From contig MU006031.1 of assembly GCA_010093745.1 (NCBI GenBank), positions 1-52,947 of the forward strand: DNA of 52,947 nucleotides. Reading direction: 5' to 3'. Source of the DNA: Piedraia hortae CBS 480.64 (lineage: Eukaryota). This document shows, one piece after another, positions 1 through 9,884 of the stretch (its first letter is position 1; each line of letters starts with the position of its first letter). Under the pieces are notes generated by a model. That model ran no database searches and was not told the origin of the DNA. It was given only the letters and a program-made list of their open reading frames with translations. The translations under genes were made by a program, and so were the position numbers.

Positions 1-1200
1 AATAATGCGCGTAATATACCGCATATTCACAACACATACCCACGCAGCACATGTGGAACGGCTTGGGTAAACTCTGCTGGGGATGCCGCGACAGCCTATT
101 GCACCTGCTCCGCAGTCTTTGTCGTACGCTTCTTGGTCGCTTTGGTAATGCGTCCACTTTTGGTAATGCATATGTTACCTTTTTTCTTCAAGAAGTCATG
201 ATAAGTTTGTATGGAACTTTGGCAAGAACATAATTTTCGCGTCGACTTCAAGAGCCAATTTAACCAAAGGGGCTCTGCGTTTGAAATTCGAGTTAGATGC
301 TCAAGGAAAACGCTGTTTACCCTTATTGTTCTAATAAGTAGCGGCACCTCACAGGTGTGTCAGTATGCACGCGTATCTAGAGCTACACAAGAAAATTTCT
401 GAGTACTCGAACCCTGGTCAGGGATGTGGGCCATCACCTGCGGATCGCCCCGTGGCGACCTGCACAACACTTATGTTGTGGGCCTAAGTTTGGTTCCAAG
501 AGGTGAGTTTGCGAGGCCTTGGACTTGTACGCATTGTGGTACGAAAACAAGGAATCCGTCCCACGCCTGGGGTGGTCTGAGGTTAGTTGAACCGGGAGCA
601 GACGTTCCGGAAACTTGTCGACTTTCGCCCAATATGTGGCCATTGACGGTTGCGTGAATCACCGCGTTAAAATGCTCTCTCAAGTTTTCATTTTCGACCA
701 CTCAATTCAGCAACCAAGTGACTCAAGGCCAATGCAAGTGCACAATTCAGATTTTCACTATGTGTGAACGAGGCCCCCAAGTCGTGTCACGGTTCAAGAG
801 TTATGAGCAAGGACTGAGAACGCAGTCGTAGCGAACACCCACAAGCCCGCAGCGAGCAAACAGTGCAGAAATCGATCTGTGACTTTTGTGCAAAGAATTC
901 TCAAACAAAAATCCACAATGCCTTCGCCACCCCACATTCCCCCACATTTTCCCCCTCTTCGCGAAGCTTCTCCCCCTCTCGAAGCTTCTCTTCTCCACAA
1001 ACGTTCAGCATCGGTCCGTCCCGCTGTCAACTGCCAACCATAACCCAACTTCATTCATCAACGTCACCTACAACAATACCTTCCGAGCGCTCCAGCGCAC
1101 TTCCACTTGACGCTTTGCGTCGCGTTCACCAGACAGAACACCCTGCGCTAGCGACCCAACCGCACAGACTCCCCACGCGCTCAAGCGATTCTTTCTCACA

Positions 1201-2508
1201 ATGAGCATGCACGACATCCCCATGCGGGACAGCACATCGCGCACCTTCCCCTCCGAGCACAACGAACAGCGCCCTCTCTTCGGCGTATACGAGCACTTGA
1301 CCTCCCAACCGTCCTCTTCCTCCGCATTGCTCATGCTCCGCAAAGCTGCCAGCGCGGTGAAACCAATAATGCTCAAACGGAGCTGGCGGGTTAAGGTTCT
1401 GACCGAATTCCTGCCCAGAGACAACGGCCTTTTAGGACTAAACATAAACCACGGAGAGAAGATTTGCCTCCGATTGAGGTATAATTCGAGTAAATCGTTC
1501 TTGAGGCAGGAGGAGGTGATTGATACGTTGTTGCATGAGTTGACGCATATTGTTTGGGGGCCGCATGATCATAATTTTGAGAGGTTGTTGAGGGAGTTGA
1601 GGGGGGAGTATGCTATCTTGAGGGGGAAGGGGTATACGGGCGAGGGGTTTTTGGGGAAGGGGCATAAGTTGGGCGGGAGGCGCATGCCGGTTGAGGAGAT
1701 GAGGAGGCAGGCGAGGGTGAAGGCATTGGAGAGGGAGAAGAAGAGGAAGGAGGAGAGTGATAAGAAGGGGAGGAGGCTGGGTGGACGGCCACCAGCTGTT
1801 GCGGCGGGACCGGGGAGGAGGTTGGGTGGAACGGTTACGAATAAGGGGAAGGATAGGGTCCCTTCGGGCGGCGGAAGGAGATTAGGCGGCTTGCCTCCTC
1901 ACTTAGTGGGGAACGATACCCGCAGAGTCATTGCCGATGCAGTTGAGCGACGGAATCGGATGAAGAAGGGGTGTGGATCTACATGGAAGGATCCCGCTCA
2001 GAAGCTGGCGCAGGAGGGCACGCGAGGGCAAACTGTGCAGACTACACAAGCTGACGATGACGATGGCATCGCCGAAGCGCTTTTCGAGTTGTTACAGGAA
2101 GAAGAGGGGCGGTTGATTAATGGACTGGATGCCCTTCCGTCCGAAGAGGAACAGCTTGCGTGGGCCATTGAGGAGAGTAATAAACATGTTCAGGGCATGG
2201 GAGAGGTTGTGGATCTTACGGGTGATGATGATAAAGAAGAGCAGTGGACGTGTGGGACGTGTACGTTGCGGAATCCACTAACATATCTAGTTTGTGATGC
2301 GTGTGGGACGGAGAGGGAGTTGGTGCCAAGAGAGAAGAAGCAGAAAAGAGATCCGCCGCAGAAGAAGCAGAACAGAAGCCTGGAAGCATCTCAGATTCGG
2401 CCCGCGCCAAAGACCAGCCTGGGCTGGAACTGCGCCAGTTGCGGGACCTTTATGGAGCACTGCTGGTGGACTTGCTCGAGATGCAGTAAGATGAAAAGTT
2501 CGTCATGA
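1201..2508 (+). CDS. WSS1: WLM-domain DNA-dependent metalloprotease (Wss1/SPRTN-like; DNA-protein crosslink repair)
   Basis: Intact 435-aa ORF. WLM signature LLGLNINHGEKICLRLR; zinc-protease motif HELTH plus downstream H (GPHD). SHP-like FLGKGHKLGG, UIM-like SEEEQLAWAIEES, SIM-like EVVDLT, and two C-terminal RanBP2-type Zn fingers (WTCGTC..CDAC, WNCASC..CSRC). Confidence 0.93.
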   Translation: MSMHDIPMRDSTSRTFPSEHNEQRPLFGVYEHLTSQPSSSSALLMLRKAASAVKPIMLKRSWRVKVLTEFLPRDNGLLGLNINHGEKICLRLRYNSSKSFLRQEEVIDTLLHELTHIVWGPHDHNFERLLRELRGEYAILRGKGYTGEGFLGKGHKLGGRRMPVEEMRRQARVKALEREKKRKEESDKKGRRLGGRPPAVAAGPGRRLGGTVTNKGKDRVPSGGGRRLGGLPPHLVGNDTRRVIADAVERRNRMKKGCGSTWKDPAQKLAQEGTRGQTVQTTQADDDDGIAEALFELLQEEEGRLINGLDALPSEEEQLAWAIEESNKHVQGMGEVVDLTGDDDKEEQWTCGTCTLRNPLTYLVCDACGTERELVPREKKQKRDPPQKKQNRSLEASQIRPAPKTSLGWNCASCGTFMEHCWWTCSRCSKMKSSS

Positions 2509-3114
2509 TGTATAAATGTGTAAAAATTATGGCCTGTAAGAACAGTGCATGGGGAGTAGTACGTTGCATGAAAACAACGAGTTCCTCGCCAATCGAGATG
2601 TGATAAGAGTGTACGTTTTCGAGCGACTTTCACGGTTTAACTCTGTATCCATACAAAACTGCAACGGCCACGAGCTACAAATTTCAAGACTTAGAGGGAA
2701 CCAAGACGAGAGTCCCTTCAGCATGTTTCCTATGGGCCCAGCCCATGCCATGGACATCGTTATGTATGAGACGAAAGATGGATTGATGCTTGGCTCACAA
2801 CTAATCAGGCAAGACCAATCGAGCGCGGCGATCGTCGGTTAATTTCCATTCCCATAAGACTTTTCGGAACTTGCCCTATGCAAATCATTGAAACACGACC
2901 TCTGCGAGGGCCTATCACCCCGTTAAACAGAGACCGGTTAGACTTTGTCCGTTCCATAATGTCGGCATCATACACCCACAGAAAATCCCTCACCTAGGAA
3001 CCGATGACATTGCACTATAACACCCTTATTTATAATCGTTGTCCCCTTCCAGATTGAAGAGACTCTATCCACATGCGGGTAAACATCCTGCTAAGATCTA
3101 GGACACAATTAAGC

Positions 3115-3144
3115 AAAAAAAAAAAAAAAAAAACCAAAAAAAAA
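3115..3144 (+). repeat. poly(A) tract (A19-CC-A9)
   Basis: Directly visible homopolymer run in an intergenic region. Confidence 0.9.
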
Positions 3145-4735
3145 CCCATTCCACTCAAAACCCAAGAACGATTTCCCATCTAATAGGAATATAAACAGCC
3201 CCGCAGGCAGATAAAACCTACTCGCAGATATGTGAACTCCACTGGCGCACCAACCTCAGCTATCCTTCATGAAATTAATCCCACGCATCTTCAAAAGGTG
3301 AAGAGCACCCACTGGAGTTGCAGCGCACGCTCTTCCATACGCCCTTCGCGTGGGTGACGCCAAGTTCCGACCTATTCAATACATCATTCTTAATGGGAGT
3401 CAGTCAACCGTGCTAATGCTCATTCAGGAAATACTCCACTCGGCGGGATTTGGCCAGCGCCCTCTCAACCAACCATAGACTATTACAATGAGCCAAAAGA
3501 CCTTGATCCCTTTCACTGATTCGCAATGGGAATTCAAAGATTGCAATTGCTGGTCATAACCTTATTAGCCCAGTATTCCGCCCGTGGCACCATGATATAG
3601 GAGTCAAGAGTCCCCTCCGCTGCCAACAAGAGAATGAACTATCTTGACCTCCTCAGCGAATTCGATGACCCGGAGGCCGGACGCTTTGCATGTTGCGTTC
3701 CCAACTTCGATGTAATCGCGTAGGTTTCCACAAAGACTACATCGGACGTTATGCTGAATGGTGGTTGAGGTTATCCTGTTGCACATGTATCCAACGCGGC
3801 TATCTCTTGGCAGGGAAGATGCGCCATCTGCCCTAGAGAACTTCGTCGCAAGGGAAGACTTCAACGCAGGGTCACTAGAACGTTGGGATTTCTTTCACAG
3901 GTCATGCAGCGCTGTGCGTTGAACACCAAAGACTTGAAACCTATAATCTTCCCAGCTGTGCTCTTAGGATGGCTTCGTGTTATCTTTTGCCTCGGAAAAG
4001 GCCTAGATGGGGGGCAAGCGAATTTATCAGCCCTGACCGTAGTTCCTACCAGCCATGCAACCTATGCCGTGAGCGTGATCGGAGCAGGCCTTTAGCCGCC
4101 GGCAATATAATGCTCGGAGATTCTAGACGAGTGCTTGCAGTCGCTGATAACATCGCAGAGAGGTCTCATCCTGGAGAGGCATTATCTCGGCCCCCGAAAC
4201 GTACAGTGCATGCACACCAAAGTACTGCATTTCCGGGACTAGATATAAAAAGGTAGAGAGTTGATTCAAACTGGGTTGTGCCGTCTCACATACTCTCTTT
4301 TATACTTCGAGCTTGCCGTGTATCATAGCTCTGTGCGAAGTGAATTTCCCACAGGAGAATGTTCCACCTTCTAGCCAGGAACAGGCAAACTGATGAATTC
4401 ACAACTCCACAAATGCTCATACTTCAAAAGTCCAACTCCATGGCAAACGTCACGGTTCATAATGTACATCTCTGCCTAGCCGTACAATCCCCTCTGATTG
4501 CTCCCATACACTCCATTTACACCACAATCCCTTCCGCCAACGAGACGAATGAATCGGCAGCAAATTCTCTGTAACCTTAATCCAACCAACTCCCAAATCT
4601 CCGTATTGAAATCATGATACTACACAGCAGTCATACACTTCTTACGACACAAACCCCTAGATTTCATCCCCTCCCTCATCCCGATACTCCATCCCCTCTC
4701 CTAGGGTAATCGACTCTCCTCCCCGCAAGTATCGT

Positions 4736-7159
4736 CTAATTCTCCTCCCTCCCCCCCCTACGTGGAATTTTTGCCCTACTACATAGCACCGAACTCGTCG
4801 ACGCTGCGGCCGCCGCCACACCTTGCAGCAGTCTATCCAACTCCTCAACGCGCACCTCATCCGGACACTCATCCAACAGAACCTCCACGGCGGGAGGCTC
4901 CAGCTCCGGGAACGTAACCCCCGAACCACCCGTACTGTTAGCGGTAGCTGCCCTCCTCCTGCTAAACCCCCCTTCTTGGTAGGGATGGAATTCATCAGAC
5001 GATAAAGAAGGAAAGGGGTCTAGGTCACTCTGTCCGCTAGCCTGTCTTGACATGGGAATATCATACGGATGTTTCCCAACGGACAGACGATTATACGTCC
5101 CCACCGCGAAGCCGCCACCCCCGGCGGGTTCCCCTGCGGGGAGACTATTCGATAGAGACAACATCGGACTCGGCCGTTCACTCGAGAAGCTATTACTCAG
5201 CGACGGCATCGGCGAGTTCTTCTTCCCTCCAACGACGTCATCATCAAGGTCAAACGGGTGGGTTGTCTCCGAGGAGGACGTGATCGGTCGTGAAGCGTCC
5301 GCGAGGTCGAGGTCGATGATTGAGCCCATCGAATCTCGGACTGCGGGAGTTGATTTCCCCTGCTGGAACCCCTGCGGAGAGGGAAAAGACTCAAAGATGG
5401 GATCGGTGGGGGTATGCATCGCCACGCTTTCAGTGTCGGAGGAAGAGTCGAGACGCTCCGCGGTGGCCATTGTCCATTCCATTGTTGCGCGTTTTTTGTC
5501 GGGGGGTGGGTCGGGAAATTTCCAGTCCATTGTTGCTCGTTTTTTGTCTTGTTTTGCGGTGAGGGGGAGGGAGTCGGGTTCGGTGGGTGATGGGTTGTTG
5601 AGGAGGGGGAACTTCCAGTCCATTGTTGCGCGTTTTTCGTTGGGAGGGAATTCATCCTGTTTGGGGACTTTGCGGGAGGATTTCACTTTGAGGGTTGGTG
5701 CGCCGCTTAAGTCCAGGTTGGGGGAGCCGAAGACGTTGGCATCGTCGAGATCGATGAGGCTCTCTCGCGTGGCGGCTGTGTTGTTGAGGTTGCGGAGGGG
5801 GAGGTCGTTGGAATAGGTGGGTTCCATGGGGACGTGGAGCTCATAGGGAGCTGCGTCAGGATCGAAGACGCGGTTAAGGGAACGTTCGCCTCTTTCTGCG
5901 CTCATTTCACGGTATTTCCGCTGGAAGACTTCGAAGGGGGTCAGTTTGGATTCGTCGATTTGGGCAAAGTCTTTGACCGAGATCATCTGGCTTTGGCGTT
6001 GGTTGAAGGCTTTGGTGAAGTGGTCGGATGTGCTGAAGACCCAGTCCTCTTGAGTTTCTTCTATACGGGGGCTTTCTTCACTAGGTCCGGCTGCTCCGCC
6101 AGCGAACCATAACGAGGCCCGCTGTCCGCCTTTGTACTCCCACGCCGCATAGCGATCGATCAGATCGATGAGGTTACTCGTCGGATGTGTGTGTGCCGTG
6201 TTGGCGATATACGGATGCTTCAGCAGCTGATCAGCAGTGGGTCTTTGCTTGGGGTCCGTAGCTAGACAAAACGCAACAAAGTCTTTGAGTTCAGCAGAAT
6301 ACTCGGCGCCTTCGAGACGCGGTGCGGTGAGTAAAGCAGCACCAAGTTCCGCCTGACGGACGGTTTGATTCGGTGGATGTCCCGTCGCTGCTTCATAAAT
6401 CGTAATCCCATACGACCAGATATCGACTTCCGTTCCATAGGCCTCCTGAGTTTTAAACTCATTCGAAGACATGCCCTTGTTGATTTCCAGCGGCAACCAA
6501 TGCGGCGTTCCGATAATTGTGCGCCTCTTGGACACCCCATCATCGATGATACCAACGATGCCAAAATCTCCCAGCTGAATCTGACCCTCTTCGTTGACAT
6601 ATACATTTCCACACTTGATATCGCGATGAATGACTCCGATATCATGCACACTCTTCAACGCAATCGCCAGCTCGCGCGCTATCGGGATAATATACCTCTC
6701 ATCGAAACCGGGCTTGTTCGCCGGACTCGCACGAAGCAGCGTACGCAGACTCCCCCCAGTACAATAGTCGCTCACAATCCAGAGCTGGCTGTGGAGATCG
6801 AACGCGTCGTGAATCATATTCACATTCTTCGCCTTGCTGTCCTTTAGCTGCTGCAGGATGCTGACCTCCTTGCGAAAACTCTCGATCGTACTGTCGCGGT
6901 CGAGGGTGTGCTCTATAAAATCCGCCTCGTCTGTGGCCACAATCTTGACAGCCACCAACTGGCCCGTCTCCTGCTCGCGACACTTGTACACGCGACCGAA
7001 TCCCCCCTTGCCAATCAATTCAATAAAGTCGTAAGGCGGGACTTTGGACTTGAGTCGCTCCGCGCTGCGCACAATGGCGCGATACATGTCCTGCGCATCT
7101 TTGATTTGCCGCTCCTTGTGCGGGTTGTGCAGCGGCGTTGAGAGGCGATTAGATTCCAT
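4736..7159 (-). CDS. Ste20-family germinal-centre Ser/Thr kinase (Kic1/Nak1/POD-6-like, RAM/MOR network)
   Basis: 807-aa ORF. N-terminal kinase domain has GKGGFG, VAVK, HRDIKCGN, DFG and GTPHWLPLE (STE20 GTPxWM signature variant), followed by a long low-complexity regulatory tail. The orthology call is inference. Confidence 0.88.
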   Translation of the reverse strand: MESNRLSTPLHNPHKERQIKDAQDMYRAIVRSAERLKSKVPPYDFIELIGKGGFGRVYKCREQETGQLVAVKIVATDEADFIEHTLDRDSTIESFRKEVSILQQLKDSKAKNVNMIHDAFDLHSQLWIVSDYCTGGSLRTLLRASPANKPGFDERYIIPIARELAIALKSVHDIGVIHRDIKCGNVYVNEEGQIQLGDFGIVGIIDDGVSKRRTIIGTPHWLPLEINKGMSSNEFKTQEAYGTEVDIWSYGITIYEAATGHPPNQTVRQAELGAALLTAPRLEGAEYSAELKDFVAFCLATDPKQRPTADQLLKHPYIANTAHTHPTSNLIDLIDRYAAWEYKGGQRASLWFAGGAAGPSEESPRIEETQEDWVFSTSDHFTKAFNQRQSQMISVKDFAQIDESKLTPFEVFQRKYREMSAERGERSLNRVFDPDAAPYELHVPMEPTYSNDLPLRNLNNTAATRESLIDLDDANVFGSPNLDLSGAPTLKVKSSRKVPKQDEFPPNEKRATMDWKFPLLNNPSPTEPDSLPLTAKQDKKRATMDWKFPDPPPDKKRATMEWTMATAERLDSSSDTESVAMHTPTDPIFESFPSPQGFQQGKSTPAVRDSMGSIIDLDLADASRPITSSSETTHPFDLDDDVVGGKKNSPMPSLSNSFSSERPSPMLSLSNSLPAGEPAGGGGFAVGTYNRLSVGKHPYDIPMSRQASGQSDLDPFPSLSSDEFHPYQEGGFSRRRAATANSTGGSGVTFPELEPPAVEVLLDECPDEVRVEELDRLLQGVAAAAASTSSVLCSRAKIPRRGGREEN

Positions 7160-7307
7160 CTGTCCAGTGTTATAGAACGTTGTTGGACTGTTACCCCCAC
7201 CCCCTCCCCTTGATACTCGGCCTCGTTGGCTGAGAATGTGTCGTAATTATTGACGATGATGTCACGGCGGCTGTTCTTGTGAAACGACGGTAGCGAATTT
7301 GATACAA

Positions 7308-7733
7308 ATGTCTTCGGGGAAGAAACACACGACGGGCGTCCCGATCGGGGCTAAGAAAAACTCCAAACCCGCTGCAAAGCCCATCAATGTTCATAATAAG
7401 GTTGCCTCTGCGGGTAAGAAGGCTTCGCCAACCGTTTTCGCGCCTTCGTCAAACACCCCGAATACTATCAATCATGCCATGCAGACTTACCTCGCCTCGC
7501 TAGGAAACAGTGCCAGCAGCGTCTTCTACGGTGTGGGCGATAGGATCAATGACTTTGGCACGGGTGTCGGCAACAGCATCACAAACACGACAAGGACGTG
7601 GGGCCAGAGCGTAGCTGACGTGGGAAACGGAATCAAAGACTCGGTCGGAGTCGGTGGGCCACGATCAGCCACGGCGGGGAACCCGTTGGGATTGGCAGGA
7701 AAGGGAAGTGGGTCTATTGGGAAAACCTTGTAG
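7308..7733 (+). CDS. small hypothetical protein with Gly-rich amphipathic repeats (alternative start 7479)
   Basis: ATG in good context (acaaATGt) and an open frame between the kinase and RRN3. The C-terminal part (GVGDRINDFGTGVGNSITNTTRTWGQSVADVGNGIKD..NPLGL) is protein-like. Confidence 0.6.
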   Translation: MSSGKKHTTGVPIGAKKNSKPAAKPINVHNKVASAGKKASPTVFAPSSNTPNTINHAMQTYLASLGNSASSVFYGVGDRINDFGTGVGNSITNTTRTWGQSVADVGNGIKDSVGVGGPRSATAGNPLGLAGKGSGSIGKTL

Positions 7734-7771
7734 TGTGAGCTTGGCATTGTCAATGATGATTGTTAATTCAA

Positions 7772-9748
7772 CTACTCTTCCATCGCGTCATCGTCTTCGC
7801 TCTCGCTCTCGCTCTCGTCGTCCTCGCTGTCTTCGTCATCATCAATTCGTTGCATTCCCGCGGGCGCCCTCCACTCGTTATAAGCCCCTTCAACCCAGTG
7901 CTTGCTCTTAGGCAGCTGGTACGGATCAAAGGGGAAGTAAGCATCAAGCTGGAGGTGAGCTTCACCCGTGAGCCTGTCTTTTGCCGTCTCGTGTCGTCCC
8001 ATTACGGATCCGTAACTGCTTGCAATCGCCGTGCTACGTTGCAGACGCAGCCGCTTGTTCATCTCCAGAATCGTCTCGACGTACAAAAATCTCAGATGAT
8101 GTGACAGCATCGCCCACTGAGACACAATGACGGGAGAGCACACCTTGAGAGGGTTCATGGGCGAGTGCATATTGACCCGCATGACCGTCTTGATGCCCGG
8201 CAGCCACTCTAGCTCTCTGCCATCAGCGAGAATGTCGTCTTCGCTGAGTTCAGACTCTTCAGGCGAGGCATCTACAGCGCCCATGGCCAGATCCCGCCAC
8301 CGGAAGCAGAAAATGTACATGATTGCTTGGGCGACCGAGTAGTAAAGACCAAAGGCGCGCTTGTCTGGCCCTTTGCAATTAGGCTCACACCGCTTTCTGA
8401 TATCCTCCATGAAGGTGCAGAGGGTGTTGAAGATTTCACGTACCATGGCCGTCGGCACATGAGCTCCGCGAGCCACGAAGCTGGCCAGATAGGCGCAGGC
8501 GTGGTGGCGGAGCGATGGATTGGCATTGACTTGGCCGATGATGTCGAGGCAGAACTGCACGAAGTCGCTGGTACGTTCCTGCGTCTGTTGCGCGAAGCAG
8601 AAGATCAAGAACTGTGCGTGTCGCGTCCTGTGGGCCATGATGCCCGTGGAAAAGTGTAGCAGCAACTGCTTGAACGGCTCCGTTCCCTGTTGCATAAGCG
8701 GGTTGTAGTAGTCGAAGAGGAGATGCATAGTCTCGTCCATCTTGGCCACTTTGGCCCGCAACTCGCGCAGTTTTCTGACCTGCACGTCTTCTTCGTCGTC
8801 GGACTCTGACGAGAGATCCGATCCGCTTTCGTCCGTATCGTCTTCCTCACCAGCATCGTCCAAGAGAACCTCCTCTGCTTCTTCATCCAAGTCTTCAATG
8901 TCCTGCTGGATCTGAACGTCAATAGCAACCAGCCGCTGCGTCATCAGGAACAACAGACTGGCCGAGAGCTTGGGCACATACTCTGCCACCTGCAGCAGCT
9001 GTCTTTGATACCGAATGTACGACCCCGTGGTAGCACTCTCATGAGGGAAATTGGCCGTCAGACTCGCCAAGAGATCCTTATCCGCCGACGGCACGCACAA
9101 GATAATAGACTCTATCGCCTGATGGACCCTCCGCACCATCTCACCCTTGGCCACGGGTTTCTCGTCGTGCAAACGGCCACGGGTCGTTGGCAAATGAGCC
9201 AGGTTCCTCCCCAAACTCTGCATGATCCCAGCCTTGTAATCCGCAGACACGCACGCCAACGACGTCACCAACTGGATGTAGACGTCCACAAATCCCTGAC
9301 TGCGGCCCATCCAGGGGAGGTCAATAACCGCACGAACCAGCTTTCTGCATTCAACGAGCTCACTCGCTCGGGCTTTGAACGCGATCAAGTACTTTTTCAA
9401 GAGTGTACCGCTGGGCGCACCGGCGCTGCGCGGCCTCTTCCCAAGCATCGCGAGGATAGCATCGTACCGCTCCTGTCCATCCTTCGCCTCCCCATCCCTC
9501 CCCAGCGCGCGCCGGACCTCCTCCTTGACCAACTCAAGACTCTTCTCCGGCTCCGTGATCTGCCGCACTTGGACGAGCGGGTTGAACTCGACCTTTTGCT
9601 TCTTCGCCGTGGTGGGCTGTGCGGAGTCGAGATGCGATGCGCTGCGCTTCAGAATCGGCGCTGGCTTCGCGGGCGGTGTGGTGCGAGACATTGCCAGCTT
9701 TGTCGTGGGGAAATTATCGTTGTGTGTGCGTCGTTTGCTCGGGGACAT
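7772..9748 (-). CDS. RRN3: RNA polymerase I-specific transcription initiation factor RRN3 (start could be 9691)
   Basis: Long ORF with RRN3 hallmarks: RLVAIDVQIQ plus acidic loop, HAQFLIF, AYLASFVARGAHV, YYSVAQAIMYIFCFRWRDL, NPLKVCSP, LDAYFPFDPY and an acidic C-tail. Confidence 0.95.
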   Translation of the reverse strand: MSPSKRRTHNDNFPTTKLAMSRTTPPAKPAPILKRSASHLDSAQPTTAKKQKVEFNPLVQVRQITEPEKSLELVKEEVRRALGRDGEAKDGQERYDAILAMLGKRPRSAGAPSGTLLKKYLIAFKARASELVECRKLVRAVIDLPWMGRSQGFVDVYIQLVTSLACVSADYKAGIMQSLGRNLAHLPTTRGRLHDEKPVAKGEMVRRVHQAIESIILCVPSADKDLLASLTANFPHESATTGSYIRYQRQLLQVAEYVPKLSASLLFLMTQRLVAIDVQIQQDIEDLDEEAEEVLLDDAGEEDDTDESGSDLSSESDDEEDVQVRKLRELRAKVAKMDETMHLLFDYYNPLMQQGTEPFKQLLLHFSTGIMAHRTRHAQFLIFCFAQQTQERTSDFVQFCLDIIGQVNANPSLRHHACAYLASFVARGAHVPTAMVREIFNTLCTFMEDIRKRCEPNCKGPDKRAFGLYYSVAQAIMYIFCFRWRDLAMGAVDASPEESELSEDDILADGRELEWLPGIKTVMRVNMHSPMNPLKVCSPVIVSQWAMLSHHLRFLYVETILEMNKRLRLQRSTAIASSYGSVMGRHETAKDRLTGEAHLQLDAYFPFDPYQLPKSKHWVEGAYNEWRAPAGMQRIDDDEDSEDDESESESEDDDAMEE

Positions 9749-9884
9749 CCGTCGAAGTAACGGGGCTATCCGTCCCACCAACGCACGGAACACTCCGTTA
9801 CAGCAGTCACAGCACGGAAAATCCCGTTACACTGCATAACCACCTCACTCTCAACCTGGCTGCGATGTAGCCATGGCCTGAAAG

